From: Actinomycetota bacterium
GTDB lineage: Bacteria > Actinomycetota > Actinomycetes > JAKEEW01
DNA length: 42,721 bases
Direction of reading: 5' to 3'
NCBI GenBank assembly: GCA_046725875.1
Contig: JBKOZJ010000013.1
Span: forward strand, 1 to 42,721
A program made the position numbers and the translations under genes. Below the pieces are notes generated by a model. The model made no database searches. It worked only from the letters and a program-made list of their open reading frames with translations, and was not told where the DNA came from. Of the stretch, positions 1 through 10,024 are shown piece by piece (the stretch's first letter is position 1; each line of letters starts with the position of its first letter).

Positions 1-2
1 CC

Positions 3-137
3 CAGATCACCGACAGCCCGATCGGCACCGTGATGTCCCGGCTGCACCGCGGCCGGCACAAGCTGCGCGACCTGCTCGAAGACCACGCCCGCGAGCACGG
101 ACTCCTCCCCGCCAACCGGACCGACTCCGCCGCCTGA
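3..137 (+). CDS. 3' end of ECF sigma factor (SigH/SigR-like), cut by window start
   Basis: Frame from nt 3 reads [33 protein letters not shown]..., stop TGA at 135-137. [13 protein letters not shown] is the region-4 signature of actinobacterial SigH/SigR. Confidence 0.85.
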   Translation, partial: QITDSPIGTVMSRLHRGRHKLRDLLEDHAREHGLLPANRTDSAA

Positions 138-401
138 TCAGTACCGGTTCCCCGAGATCGACTGACCGAGCAAGCTCCGATGGAGGTTCCTCGATCGCGC
201 CCGCCGAGTCGCGCCTTCACAGGGCGAGGCGACGTCGGCTATGCGCCTCGCTCGAGAGTCTCCGTCAGCTTCTCGCATCGTGCTCACCGCGACCACCCGC
301 CGCTCCGGCCGCAGCAATCCACCACAGCCACATCCCCAGCACGGCTCGGCAGGGGAAGTCGACGGCGCCCGAGCTGAGCCCGCGCAGCGTCGAGCTGTTG
401 G

Positions 402-664
402 CGGGCAGGCATCACCAAGCGAGTGCACACGCAGGGGCTCCGGCACTCGCTCGCTTTCGACCTGGCCCAACAGGGGTGCCCATGCACGCGACGCAAACGC
501 GGCTGCGCCTCGCCTCGCTCGCTCACACCGACCGGTACGTTCGGCACCTGATGCCGACCGAGGTCATCGCGATGATGAGGCAGCGCACTTGGGCCGAGGA
601 GTGTGGGCGGCCCGGCACAGGCGTGACCGTTGCAACCAAGAACGGAGACCACCATGCTGCCTGA
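402..664 (+). pseudogene. Tyrosine recombinase/integrase C-terminal relic, frameshifted
   Basis: RAGITKRVHTQGLRHSLAFDLAQQG (402-476), then a shift in the G-run at 473-476 to VPMHATQTRLRLASLAHTDRYVRHL. Matches the HxLRH...LGH...T..Y box of tyrosine recombinases with decayed catalytic His residues. Confidence 0.7.
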
Positions 665-737
665 CGGGCGACCACGTGGTCCCTAGGTCGTAGCAACACC
701 CCGATCTCATCACGCCGGCAAGCAACAGCTGGCCCTT

Positions 738-763
738 GGAACCGGAAGGTCCCAGTTACCGTC
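738..763 (+). promoter_or_regulatory. Candidate ECF-type promoter GGAACC-N16-CGTC
   Basis: GGAACC at 738-743 and CGTC at 760-763, about 30 nt upstream of the lipoprotein ORF. Confidence 0.35.
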
Positions 764-793
764 CAAGGTCTGGGCTCTGGAACATCTGATGGA

Positions 794-1354
794 GTGTCGA
801 TGGATCATTCATGGCGGGCGGCTGTGACCTCGCTCGCGTTGGTGTTGAGCGTTTCGGCCGGTGGGTGCGGTCGCCTAACGAGCGGGTCTGCGGGCCGGGA
901 TGCTTCGTCGCCTGGCGCGGGGAATCCCTCCGGCCCCGCCAACGATCCGGCCTTGGAGGTGGCGGCAGACTCGATCGAGCCGTTCCTAGAAAAGTCCCTT
1001 CCGGATTCGTTTTCCGGGCTAGTGCTCGACCATGCGCACCACATCATGGTCATCTATAGGCGGCCCGATCCAAGGTTGGATACGGCCGTGAAGGGACGCA
1101 TTCCGCAGGTTAATGTTGACTTCCGTGATGGGAAGTTCTCGTTGAAACAGATGAAACAGCTCGCCGATCGGATTGTGGCAGACAGGGAGTATTGGCGAGC
1201 GCGTGGAATCGATATCCAGAGTGTTGGGCCGACGAGCCACGGTTCGGGGGTGGCGGTCGGGACATCACGCGGAACTGCTGACACGGATAAGCTCGCCAGT
1301 CGGTATGGCGCGGGCGTGCTGCCTGCAGAGAAGGTGGATATTGCCCCAGCATGA
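794..1354 (+). CDS. Hypothetical secreted protein/lipoprotein
   Basis: 186-aa ORF with hydrophobic signal ending in a lipobox-like SAGGC, a Pro/Ser linker and a globular domain. Confidence 0.65.
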   Translation: MSMDHSWRAAVTSLALVLSVSAGGCGRLTSGSAGRDASSPGAGNPSGPANDPALEVAADSIEPFLEKSLPDSFSGLVLDHAHHIMVIYRRPDPRLDTAVKGRIPQVNVDFRDGKFSLKQMKQLADRIVADREYWRARGIDIQSVGPTSHGSGVAVGTSRGTADTDKLASRYGAGVLPAEKVDIAPA

Positions 1355-1510
1355 CCGTGCGATCTCCCGTTCGATGCGCGGAGTCCCGAAAAGGAATCTG
1401 CCTGAGAGGAACCGAGCTCGTGTGGGCACCTCTCAGGCAGAGAACGGTATTCGATCTCATTCCTTACCGCGCGTCCGGGTTACAGCGAACCTCTATTGAT
1501 ATGAACCCCA

Positions 1511-2110
1511 ATGAATGGTAACGGGCGTGATGCACCCGTCATATCAGCCCTGGACCTCAATACACAGGTGGCTGCACCGGCGTTCCAACTGCCCTGGTCT
1601 GGGATGTGCCAGCCGCCAGCGAGGATGATGATCTACGGACCAAGCTCCGCCCGCATCGAGGGCTACGTGGAGGCGCCGAACTTCTACACCGGCGTCGGAC
1701 CCGCACTATTCCTCGCCGGCGGAATCACGGGATGCCCCGACTGGCAGGCCCAGGCCGTGCCATTGCTTCGAATGGCAGGAGTCGACTGGACGATCCTGAA
1801 TCCTCGTCGACCCGACCATACCTTGGCGGATCCGGCCGTCGTCGCCGACCAAATCGCGTGGGAGTACCGGCACCTGCTGGTAGCACAGGCGATCCTGTTT
1901 TGGTTCCCGCGATCTTCTTTGGTCCAGCCGATTGCCCTATATGAACTCGGTGCGGCCGCGGTGGGCATCAAGCCGCTGGCGGTCGGTGCGGATCCGGGCT
2001 ATCCGCGTCGGCTAGACGTCATTTTGCAGCTGGCACATGCTCGTCCTGGCCTGGCGGTACGCGACACGCTGGACGGCACGGTTCGGGACGCGGCTCACAT
2101 CTGCAGGTAA
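1511..2110 (+). CDS. Nucleoside 2-deoxyribosyltransferase-like domain protein (true start may be near 1625)
   Basis: Motifs LFLAGGITGCPDWQ, ILNPRR, QIAWE, ILFWFP and PIALYELG. Confidence 0.75.
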   Translation: MNGNGRDAPVISALDLNTQVAAPAFQLPWSGMCQPPARMMIYGPSSARIEGYVEAPNFYTGVGPALFLAGGITGCPDWQAQAVPLLRMAGVDWTILNPRRPDHTLADPAVVADQIAWEYRHLLVAQAILFWFPRSSLVQPIALYELGAAAVGIKPLAVGADPGYPRRLDVILQLAHARPGLAVRDTLDGTVRDAAHICR

Positions 2111-2168
2111 GCCGGGGAGCAACGACTGACAGCCCTGTTGAAATGAGCGCCAACCTCGCGGGTGAGGA

Positions 2169-2340
2169 TCACCATTCGATCTCGAATTTCCAACCCCGTT
2201 TCGCCGCTTCACCAGCCGGGCCAGTAGGTCGGTGTTCTCCTCTTCGCTGATCGGGGTTCCGTCCGCCCACTGCGTGGAACGGTGGACGACGACCGGTAGG
2301 AGGCAGCGAATGCGGAAGATTTTTTCGAGGTAGGACGTGG
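2169..2340 (-). pseudogene. Mosaic fragment: YLEKIF (KAP-NTPase-like) segment followed by a frameshifted C-terminus resembling an immunity protein
   Basis: STSYLEKIFRIR...VVHRSTQWADGTPISEEENTDLLARL, then in another frame EAAKRGWKFEIEW*. Resemblance only. Confidence 0.25.
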
Positions 2341-2383
2341 ACATCGGTTGGGTCAACCGCGGCCTCGTCGGGCTGTGGACCCC

Positions 2384-2700
2384 CTAGCGCCTCGAACAAG
2401 CGCCCACCGGAAGACCACCACCGGCCCCAAACGCGGCACCATCGGTGAGCGGCGGTTCCTCGGGCAACGCGCAGTCGCCCGCGGGCGGACAGGGCCCAGC
2501 GTCACTGCCGCCGACCACCAGCACTCGGTCTTCGATTCCCACCGCGATGGCTTGCTCGCGTGGACTCAGTAGGCCCGGAGGAAGCAACCGCCACGATCTG
2601 CTCGATGCCGTTGTCGACTCAGTTGGCGCACTGCACGCCGTCGCGACCAGCGCGGTCAGCACAAAACTGCGAGTCCGATCCGACGCATGCCGGTTGGACA
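2384..2700 (-). pseudogene. N-terminal fragment of a kelch-repeat lipoprotein
   Basis: LVATAC lipobox, then WRLLPPGLLSPRE..RVLVVGG..PCPPAGDC..PLTDGAAF. Similarity stops after the first blade. Confidence 0.55.
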
Positions 2701-2984
2701 CCCCTGTCCCACCGTTCCTACCGCTATCCCTGACATGAAGCATGACGCCGCGAGCGCGCTCGCACCAGATCCTGTATGTGCGGCCAGCTGTCCGATCCCG
2801 GTGCGTATTAGTGGATCACCCGCGACTCGTGCCGATTCGCGATTCTGAGCTGCGAAGTGCTATGAGGTCGTTGAGGCATCCTCCACATCCCCTTGCCGAT
2901 GCGGCCATCGCTCGGCGCAACGCGGGCTGGTTGCTCCGCGCCGCCGGACACGTTCGCCGACCTGCTCGCGGCCGCGCGCTCTGG

Positions 2985-3360
2985 TGGAAGGGCGCGGCGC
3001 GAACGAAAGCGAGCTGCCCGCCAACGACCGCTACGAGGACGTCGAGCGCGCTGAGTTCGCGCACGGCGTCTCTGACGAAACCGTCGATGTCGGCGCGCGA
3101 TCTGACATCGTCCGTGAGGGCGAAAGCCTGGACACCGGCTGCGGCGCATCGGCGGCTGCTTCATTTGCGCGCTGTCGATCGATGTCGACGACTGCGACGG
3201 CGCTGCCCGCGGCCGCAAGCGCTCGTGTGATCGCGCGACCGATGCCGCCACCCCCGTCGCCGACGACCAGCGTGCCCTTTCCGTCGAGCTGCCGCCCCCA
3301 CGTCGCGATCCTACAAACGGTCTCCGACGCGCTCGACGCGACAACGTGCTGCGGCGATAC
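2985..3360 (-). pseudogene. Degenerate partial duplicate of the SDR gene at 7221-7997 (5' part plus upstream DNA)
   Basis: Colinear with about 7680-8056, with scattered substitutions and small indels. Peptide ELSALDVLVAVVGGQLAFVRAAP versus ELGALDVLVTVVGGQLAFVRAAP. Confidence 0.9.
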
Positions 3361-3774
3361 GGCGTGCCCGCAGGAACACTAGCTCCTGCGGTACCCGGTC
3401 GGGGTGGCCGGTCACCAGGTCGTACAGCACCTGGCCGTCCGACTGGGGGATCTGGCGGTACAGCAGGGCGGCGGGCGCGACCACTAGCACCCTGCCGGGC
3501 TCGGGCAGGATCTTCGGGAGCGGCTGATCCAGCAAGATGCCCAGATAGCAGTCGCTGACCCGGGCGGGCTGCAGGTACTCGCCGTAACCGCGGGGCCAAG
3601 CCGCGGCACGAGCATGCTCCTTGGTTCGCGCCTCACCACCGCCCAACTAGGCTCCCGAGCGCGGTCGCCCCGTCTGAACGAGCGTCCTGGTTCAGCCACG
3701 GGTTGACCGTGCAAACCGGTTCCGCTCGGCTGGGGAGGCTGCCGCTGGGTTGGCCGTGCCCACGCCCGCGGTGC

Positions 3775-4265
3775 TGAGGGGGTCGGCCGCCAAAGCGGCG
3801 CCGAAGAGGTCGCCGGGCTCGGCCACACCGGCGATCCCCGGGCTGTTTTGGGTCCACAGCTGGTTGCCGCTGGCGGTCAGTCGGTTGGCCGACCGTACAA
3901 CACGTTGACCGCCCCGGCGAAGTCGTCCTCACCGTAGACTCCAACGGCTAGGTCGGCGGCGCCGTCGCCGTTGAAGTCCCCGGCCGCCAAGGCGAAGCCG
4001 AAGAGGTCGCCGGGCTCGGCCAGACCGACGATCCCGGACTGTTCTGGGTCCACAGCTGGTTGCCGCTGGCGGTCAGCCGGCCCGTACAGCCACATTGACC
4101 GCCCCGCGGCTGTCCGTCCTCGCCCAGTGCGCCGATGGCCAGGTCGGCGGCGCCGTCGCCGTTGAAGTCCCCGGCCGCCAAGGCGAAGCCGAAGTCGTCG
4201 TCGGGCTCGGCCACACCGACGATCCCCGCGCTGTTTTGGGTCCACAGCTGGTTGCCGCTGGCGGC
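3775..4265 (-). pseudogene. FG-GAP (integrin-alpha-like) repeat protein fragment, about 2.5 tandem units of about 190 bp, frameshifted
   Basis: Repeated NQLWTQNSPG...AEPGDLFGFALAAGDFNGDGAADLAVG split across frames. DNA motif ccacagctggttgccgctggcgg recurs near 3854, 4049 and 4242. Confidence 0.85.
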
Positions 4266-4454
4266 CGCTCAGCCAGCGGCGGGCGCGTTGGCCAGAGAGC
4301 CGGAGCCTAGGTATGCGGTAGTGCGGTGTCAAGGCTATTTGTCTGTATTGCGCTGATCGCTGGGCCGGCGGACCGGCCGACCAAGCCAATGACTCCGCAG
4401 AGGATCGGGTCTAGGTTCAAAGCGACGGGATTCGTCTGACTGGGGGGCAACGGA

Positions 4455-4850
4455 TGGTTGTCGCCAGCACATGGAACGTCGAGAACCTGTACCGGCCCGG
4501 CGGCGAGTTCGGCCCGAAGACCGAAGACGCTTAAAAAGCTCGCCGCGCTAGCCGAAACCATCACAGGGGGGTCGCCCCGAACGTCCTCGCGGTCCAGGAG
4601 GTTGGGGAGCCCGAGGCGCTGGCCGACCCGGTGGCGGAGCTTGCTGGTGCCTGGCACGTGGCCCTGTCGTCGCTCCCGGACCCGCGTGGCATCCGGGTGG
4701 GGCTTCCTGTCCCGCCTGCCGATGAGCGTGCTGGTCGACTCGCCGGACTTCCCGCAAAGAGCTCAAGACGCCCGGTGCCGACCGCCCCGACATGGGCGAC
4801 ACCATGCGCCTGTGGAACCTCGCCCCGCCTAGCCCGGAGGACTCGTTCCC
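4455..4850 (+). pseudogene. Endonuclease/exonuclease/phosphatase (EEP) family relic
   Basis: TWNVENLYRPGGEFGPKTEDA*, KLAALAETI, PNVLAVQEVGEPEALAD...PDPRGIRVG, GFLSRLP and RLWNLAP across several frames, with an internal stop and an apparent deletion. Confidence 0.75.
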
Positions 4851-4992
4851 ACGGAGTGATCCTGAAGCGGTATGCGAGGGCGTATCCAGTGCTCATGTGG
4901 GGCTCCGCTTTGGGTTCGGGACCGTGGAGTGCTCCTTCCGTAAGCGGTCAAGCCTGGACGGCGGTTGGCCGGTCGGGTCGGGGGCCTCTTGC

Positions 4993-5940
4993 TTACCCAC
5001 GGTGGTGCTCCCTTCCGACTCGGTCCGGTCCGTCGGTGCCATTGCATCCCGGCGGTGAGGGTGGCTGGATCTCGCGGACCGCGGGGATGGCCGCAGCGAG
5101 GGTGGCCAGCGCCTCTTCGCTCCACGGGCTCGAGTGCCCGACGACCATGTGCTCGATCCCGAGCGCGGCGGCGCCCGCGCAGCGGCGGGTGAACTCGTCG
5201 CTGGACTCGCCATCGTCCAGGCGGGTGCTCAGCGTCTTCTCGATCGCCGCATATGGTCGGCCGACGTCCTCGCAGTGCCGCGCGAGGACTGCCAGCTTTT
5301 GCTTGACTGTGTGCCCGCCGTCAGGGATGTCGAACACGTTGCACGCGTCGGCGTACCGCGCGACCAGCCGCAGGGTCCGATGTTCGCCGGCCCCGCCGAT
5401 CAGGATCGGCGGGTGGGCGCGGTGCGCGGGACCGGGGATGCCCACCGGATGCCGCAGCCGGTAGTGGGTCCCGTCAAACGGCGTCTCGTCTCCGGCCCAC
5501 ATCCGTACCGCGATCTGCAGCGTCTCCTCCAGCCGCTCGAACCGTTCGGCCGTGGCGGGCAGCGGCAAGCCCATGTCCTCCGCCTCGTCGCCGTGGTAGC
5601 CGGCACCGATCCCCAGCCAGGCCCGCCCACCCGAGAGCACATCCAGGGTGGTAACTGCCTTGACCAGCAAGGCCGGCGGCCGGAAGGTCACTCCGGTCAC
5701 CATGGTGCCCAGCCGGACCCGCTCGGTGTGCGCCGCGAGGAACCCCAGAGTGGTGTAGGCCTCCAGCATGTCACGTTGGTCGGGGGCGACGGTGGGGTCG
5801 GCCTGGACCAGGTGATCGACGACCCATACGCTGTCGATTCCGGCCTGGTCGGCGGCCTGGGCGACCCGCACGAGCTCGCCGCCGAGGCGCGGCGGGCCAC
5901 TTGGCCATGAGAAGTTCGTCACTGCGATGCTGACGCGCAT
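4993..5940 (-). CDS. LLM-class (luciferase-like) F420-dependent oxidoreductase
   Basis: DSVWVVDHLVQ, MLEAYTTLGFLAA, RLGTMVTGVTFRPPALLVK, DVLSGGRAWLGIGAG and PPILIGGAGE..TLRLVARYADACN. Confidence 0.9.
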   Translation of the reverse strand: MRVSIAVTNFSWPSGPPRLGGELVRVAQAADQAGIDSVWVVDHLVQADPTVAPDQRDMLEAYTTLGFLAAHTERVRLGTMVTGVTFRPPALLVKAVTTLDVLSGGRAWLGIGAGYHGDEAEDMGLPLPATAERFERLEETLQIAVRMWAGDETPFDGTHYRLRHPVGIPGPAHRAHPPILIGGAGEHRTLRLVARYADACNVFDIPDGGHTVKQKLAVLARHCEDVGRPYAAIEKTLSTRLDDGESSDEFTRRCAGAAALGIEHMVVGHSSPWSEEALATLAAAIPAVREIQPPSPPGCNGTDGPDRVGREHHRG

Positions 5941-6114
5941 CCGCGAAACCTCCCTCTCCGACTGACCGTCCCCGGTTACCGGCGTGTCTCCGAACAGCCG
6001 TCATTCAGGGGCGGGGCGGCGGTCCTGAGCGGCTTCGCATGTCGTGGACCTCGGACTGGTACCATCCTGCGACCGGGTTTAAACTGGGTGTAAACTTCTA
6101 TTGAGTGTAAGACT

Positions 6115-6753
6115 GTGTCCCCGCCGTGGTGATCAGCTCGGGCTTCGCGAGCGCAAGAAGCAACAGACCTGGGGCATGATCGCTCAGACGGCGCCGCCTC
6201 TTCCAGGAGCACGGCTTCGACGCCGTCACCGTCGCCGACATCGCACGCGAAGCCGACGTCTCGCGCAAGACGGTGTTCAACTACTTCCCGACCAAGGAAG
6301 ACCTCTTCTACAGCGGGCTGGAGTTCTTCGAGGCCCGGCTCCTTGACGCCATCCGCGAGCGCCAGCCCGGCAAATCGATCCTCGCGGCCATCGCGCGGTT
6401 CGTGACCCAGTCGCGGGGCCCGCTGGCCGCCGAGCACCCCAACGCTGGATTTCCAATAGCCCCGCGCTGCTCGCGCGTGAGCAGCAGATCTACGCCGGAT
6501 ACGCCGCCACGCTGGCGGCGTTGATCGCTGAGGAGATGCGCGCGCGCCCAGCGACATCGCACCCTGGGTCGCGGCGAATGCAATGATCGGGCTGCACAAG
6601 GCGCTGGTCGACGACGTCCGCCGGCAGGTCCTGGCCGGCGAGCGCGACCGGGCGCGCATCGCTCGCCGGCTGCGCCCGCAGGCCAGGCAGCCAGTTGCCC
6701 TACTCGAGAGCGGGCTCGGTCAGCTGGGCACCACCGACATCACAGCGGGTTGA
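6115..6753 (+). pseudogene. TetR-family regulator with multiple frameshifts
   Basis: GLRERKKQQT, then GFDAVTVADIAREADVSRKTVFNYFPTKEDLF, then SPALLAREQQI...LLESGLG in different frames. Stop TGA at 6751-6753. Confidence 0.85.
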
Positions 6754-6869
6754 TCGTCACTGAGTCGGCCGGCTCCAGCTCGGCTAAGTCGATCACCTAC
6801 TGCGCGCTCCCGAACGGCATCGTGATCCTGCCGTACCGACCCGCGTTCTGATGTCCACGTCCCGACCGG

Positions 6870-7178
6870 CTCGCTGCGCTCAGCGACGCTAGCCACGTGC
6901 ACGCCATCTGCGAGGAATACCGCGCCGCCGCGACAATCGATCGCGACCACGACGCTGCCGATCGGGCAGCTGGCCACCGGATTGGGTGTCCCGTCCTCGC
7001 GCTGTGGAGCCGCGGCGGACCCCTATCGACGTGGTACAGCGATGACGGTGGCCCACTGTCGCTGTGGCGAGAGCTTGCAGACAACGTGACCGGCCGGCCG
7101 GTCGACGGCGGTCACTTCTTTCCTGAGGAGCACCCCGAGCACACGGCTGCCGCGCTGACTGACTTCCTCGGTCACTGA
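6870..7178 (+). pseudogene. C-terminal third of an alpha/beta hydrolase (haloacetate dehalogenase-like), 5' part missing
   Basis: HAICEEYRAAATID...RIGCPVLALWS...GGHFFPEEHP. No N-terminal nucleophile region upstream. Confidence 0.8.
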
Positions 7179-7220
7179 GATGGCCTGATCTGGATCCAAG
7201 ACCGACTCCCCCATCGGCCC

Positions 7221-7997
7221 TCACCGGGTGGGGAATGGCCCAGCGGCCATCGCGCCGCCGTCGAGCACGAGACTCTGCCCACTTATGTACGACGAGTGCG
7301 GCGAGGCAAGGAAGACCGTCGCATCCGCGACCTCCTGCGAAGACGCCGCGCGGCCCATCGGTATCCAGTCAAGCTCGTTATGCGCCTGAGCCGCTTGCGC
7401 CACCGGCGTGGCGACCGGGCCGCAGGTGACGACGTTCATGCGGATCCCGTCTCGGCTGTACTCGCCCGCGACCGATCGGGCAAGGCTTGCCAACCCCGCC
7501 TTCGCGGCGCCGTACGCGGCCTGCATAGGGCTGCCCGCATTGGCGGTGATCGAGCCGACGCTGACGATCGTCCCACCTGTTCCCTGCTCGAGGAACACGC
7601 GCAAGCTCGCCCGTACCGTGCGCGCGACGTAGTGCAGGTTGACCTCGAACATCAGGTCCCAGTCCTCGTCGGTGATCTCGTGGATGGGCGCCGCGCGAAC
7701 GAACGCGAGCTGCCCGCCAACGACCGTTACTAGGACGTCGAGCGCGCCGAGTTCGCGCGCAGCGTCTCTGACGAAACCATCGATGTCGGCGCGCGATCTG
7801 ACGTCGCCCGTGAGCGCAAAAGCCCGGACGCCGGCTGCGGCTGCGTCGGCGGCTGCCTCATCTGCGCGCTGGCGATCGATGTCGACGACTACGACGGCGC
7901 TGCCCGCGGCGGCAAGTGCTCGTGTAATCGCGCGACCGACGCCGCCACCCCCACCACCGACGACCAGCGCGCCCTTTCCGTCGAGCAGCAGCCCCAC
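7221..7997 (-). CDS. SDR-family NAD(P)-dependent oxidoreductase
   Basis: GGGGGGVGRA Rossmann motif, YGAAK catalytic motif and C-terminal SYISGQSLVLDGG. Confidence 0.93.
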   Translation of the reverse strand: MGLLLDGKGALVVGGGGGGVGRAITRALAAAGSAVVVVDIDRQRADEAAADAAAAGVRAFALTGDVRSRADIDGFVRDAARELGALDVLVTVVGGQLAFVRAAPIHEITDEDWDLMFEVNLHYVARTVRASLRVFLEQGTGGTIVSVGSITANAGSPMQAAYGAAKAGLASLARSVAGEYSRDGIRMNVVTCGPVATPVAQAAQAHNELDWIPMGRAASSQEVADATVFLASPHSSYISGQSLVLDGGAMAAGPFPTR

Positions 7998-8076
7998 GTC
8001 GCGATCCTACAAACGGTGTCCGACGCGTTCGACGCGACAACGTGCTGCGCCGATATCGTGGCGCGTGGGGCCAGGG

Positions 8077-8103
8077 TGTCACATCTGTGGATGCGGTCTT
8101 GTC
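8077..8103 (+). promoter_or_regulatory. ECF41-type promoter TGTCACA-N16-TGTC
   Basis: TGTCACA at 8077-8083, 16-nt spacer, TGTC at 8100-8103 (consensus CGTC), directly upstream of the epimerase remnant and ECF41 gene. Confidence 0.75.
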
Positions 8104-8145
8104 TTATGAGGTGTGGGTGATCCCTCGATTCAAGGGGCCCGATTG

Positions 8146-8289
8146 ATGCGAGTGTTTGTGGTGGGTGCTACGGCAGCGGTCGGAAAGCAGCTGTTGACCG
8201 AGATCCGGGACGCCTCGAACGCCAAGGCCAGGCGGGAGCTCGGCTGGCAGTCGTGCCATCCGAGCTGGCGGCGGGGGTTCGCGGCATGA
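8146..8289 (+). pseudogene. NAD-dependent epimerase/dehydratase reduced to 47 aa by an in-frame internal deletion
   Basis: MRVFVVGATAAVGKQLL joined directly to TEIRDASNAKARRELGWQSCHPSWRRGFAA*. Its stop overlaps the sigma ATG (ATGA). Confidence 0.85.
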
Positions 8290-9191
8290 CCGATCGTGAG
8301 CAACTGCTTGACGAGCTGCGGCCGGTCGCGTTCGCGATCGCCTATCGGATGCTCGGCAGCGTCTCCGAGGCCGAGGACGTGGTGCAGGAAGCGCTGCTGC
8401 GGGTGCATCGGGCGCTTGAGGACGGCGAGCAGATCCAGTCGCCGCGCGCGTTCGTGACCACCGTGACCACGCGGCTGGGAATCAACGAGCTGCGCTCGGC
8501 GCGCACCCGGCGCGAGGAATACGTGGGCGAGTGGCTGCCGGAGCCGATCATCACCGACGGCCACGATGATCCGGCCCAGCACGCTGAGATGACCGATTCG
8601 CTGTCGCTGGCGCTGCTGGTGCTGCTGGAGAGCCTCTCCCCGGAGCAGCGCGCGGTGCTGCTGCTGCACGACGTGTTCGGCTACGACCACGCGCAGATCG
8701 CGCAGATCATCGGCAAGAGCCAGGACAACGTGCGCCAGCTCGCCACTCGCGCCAGACGCCACGTCCAGGAGCGGCGCCCCCGCTTCCGAACGACACGCGA
8801 ACAGCAAGAGGAGCTGGCACGGCGGTTCTTTGCGGCCGCGGAGCAAGGAGATCTGTCGGGGCTCGAGGCACTTCTCGCCCACGACGTGGAGCTGACCGCC
8901 GACGGCGGCGGCAAGGTTCCCGCCTTGGCACGCGTGCTGCGCGGCCGCAGCCGTGTCGGCCCCGCGCTGATCAACTACTGGGTCCGCTTTGCCGCCCGCT
9001 TCCCGGGGGTGTCGTTGCGCCCCATCAAGGTCAACGGCAGCCCGGGCGCGCTCTATCTCGACCGACAAAAGCGGCTGATCGCCGTGGTGGCGCTCGACAT
9101 CGCCGGTGGACAGATCACAAGGATCAACGCGATCCTAAACCCCGACAAGCTCACGCACCTCGGGCCAGTCGGCGACCTCACATCCTGGTGA
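8286..9191 (+). CDS. sigJ: ECF41 (SigJ-like) RNA polymerase sigma factor with C-terminal SnoaL-like domain
   Basis: AYRMLGSVSEAEDVVQE, YVGEWLPEP, DGGGK and NPDKL, the ECF41 hallmark motifs. Confidence 0.92.
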   Translation: MTDREQLLDELRPVAFAIAYRMLGSVSEAEDVVQEALLRVHRALEDGEQIQSPRAFVTTVTTRLGINELRSARTRREEYVGEWLPEPIITDGHDDPAQHAEMTDSLSLALLVLLESLSPEQRAVLLLHDVFGYDHAQIAQIIGKSQDNVRQLATRARRHVQERRPRFRTTREQQEELARRFFAAAEQGDLSGLEALLAHDVELTADGGGKVPALARVLRGRSRVGPALINYWVRFAARFPGVSLRPIKVNGSPGALYLDRQKRLIAVVALDIAGGQITRINAILNPDKLTHLGPVGDLTSW

Positions 9192-9226
9192 AGTCTGCGG
9201 GATGAATCCGACGAGAAACTCGGCCG

Positions 9227-10024
9227 TCATGCGTCGCGGAGTTTGAACAGCGCATAGCCGAGGAGAACGGCTGCGCCCGTGTAGGCCGCGAGCACGCCCA
9301 GGCCGGCCCAGGGGCCAATGGGGACGCTGTCGGCCCGCTCGACGGTGGCTTGGACCGCCAGGCCGGCCGTCATCGGCGAGTAGGTCTGGATCGTCTCTCT
9401 GGTTTCCGCCGGGATCGGCACGATCAGCACGAGGATGAAGGGGATGTAGAGAATCGCCAGCACGGTCGTTATCGCCACTGCGGTGTGCCGGACGATCGCT
9501 GCGACGCCGATGCTGAGCAGGCCGACCAGGGTCAGGTACAAGACCGTGCCGACGACGGCGCGCAGGGTCGGCTCGTCGGTCAGCGATGGCGGCGGGTAGC
9601 TATTAGCCGCGGTGAACCCGTTGCCAGGCAGGATGCTGCGGCCAGCGATCAGCGAGCCAAGGACAGCGAGCGCACCGGCGCCGAGCACCGCCATGGTAAC
9701 GACGGTCGCCTTCGCGGTGAGGACGGCCCCGCGCCGCGGATTCGCGGCGAGCGTCGCACGAATCATCATGGACTCGTACTCCGCCGACAGGACGAGCACG
9801 CCAAGCAGGACAACCGCGATCTGCCCCAGGTAGACACCGGAGAGACTGAGCACCGTCGTGTCCTCGTCGCAGCCGGTCGTTGGTGGCGGGCAGCCGGACG
9901 TATTGACCGCCGACGTCACCAATGCCGTGAGCGCGATGGTGAACACGACGATCCCGAGCAGCCACCATGGTGTGCTCGGCACGGTACGCAGCTTTGTCCA
10001 TTCCGCGTGCAGGGAACGCCTCAT
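9227..10024 (-). CDS. ABC transporter permease
   Basis: LHAEWTKLRTVPST start, six hydrophobic segments and SAEYESMMIRATLAANPRR. Coupled to the upstream permease. Confidence 0.88.
   Translation of the reverse strand: MRRSLHAEWTKLRTVPSTPWWLLGIVVFTIALTALVTSAVNTSGCPPPTTGCDEDTTVLSLSGVYLGQIAVVLLGVLVLSAEYESMMIRATLAANPRRGAVLTAKATVVTMAVLGAGALAVLGSLIAGRSILPGNGFTAANSYPPPSLTDEPTLRAVVGTVLYLTLVGLLSIGVAAIVRHTAVAITTVLAILYIPFILVLIVPIPAETRETIQTYSPMTAGLAVQATVERADSVPIGPWAGLGVLAAYTGAAVLLGYALFKLRDA

Noticed and set aside
3775..4265. CRISPR-like or non-coding repeat array
   Set aside because: The roughly 190-bp units encode FG-GAP repeats. There are no unique spacers or cas genes.
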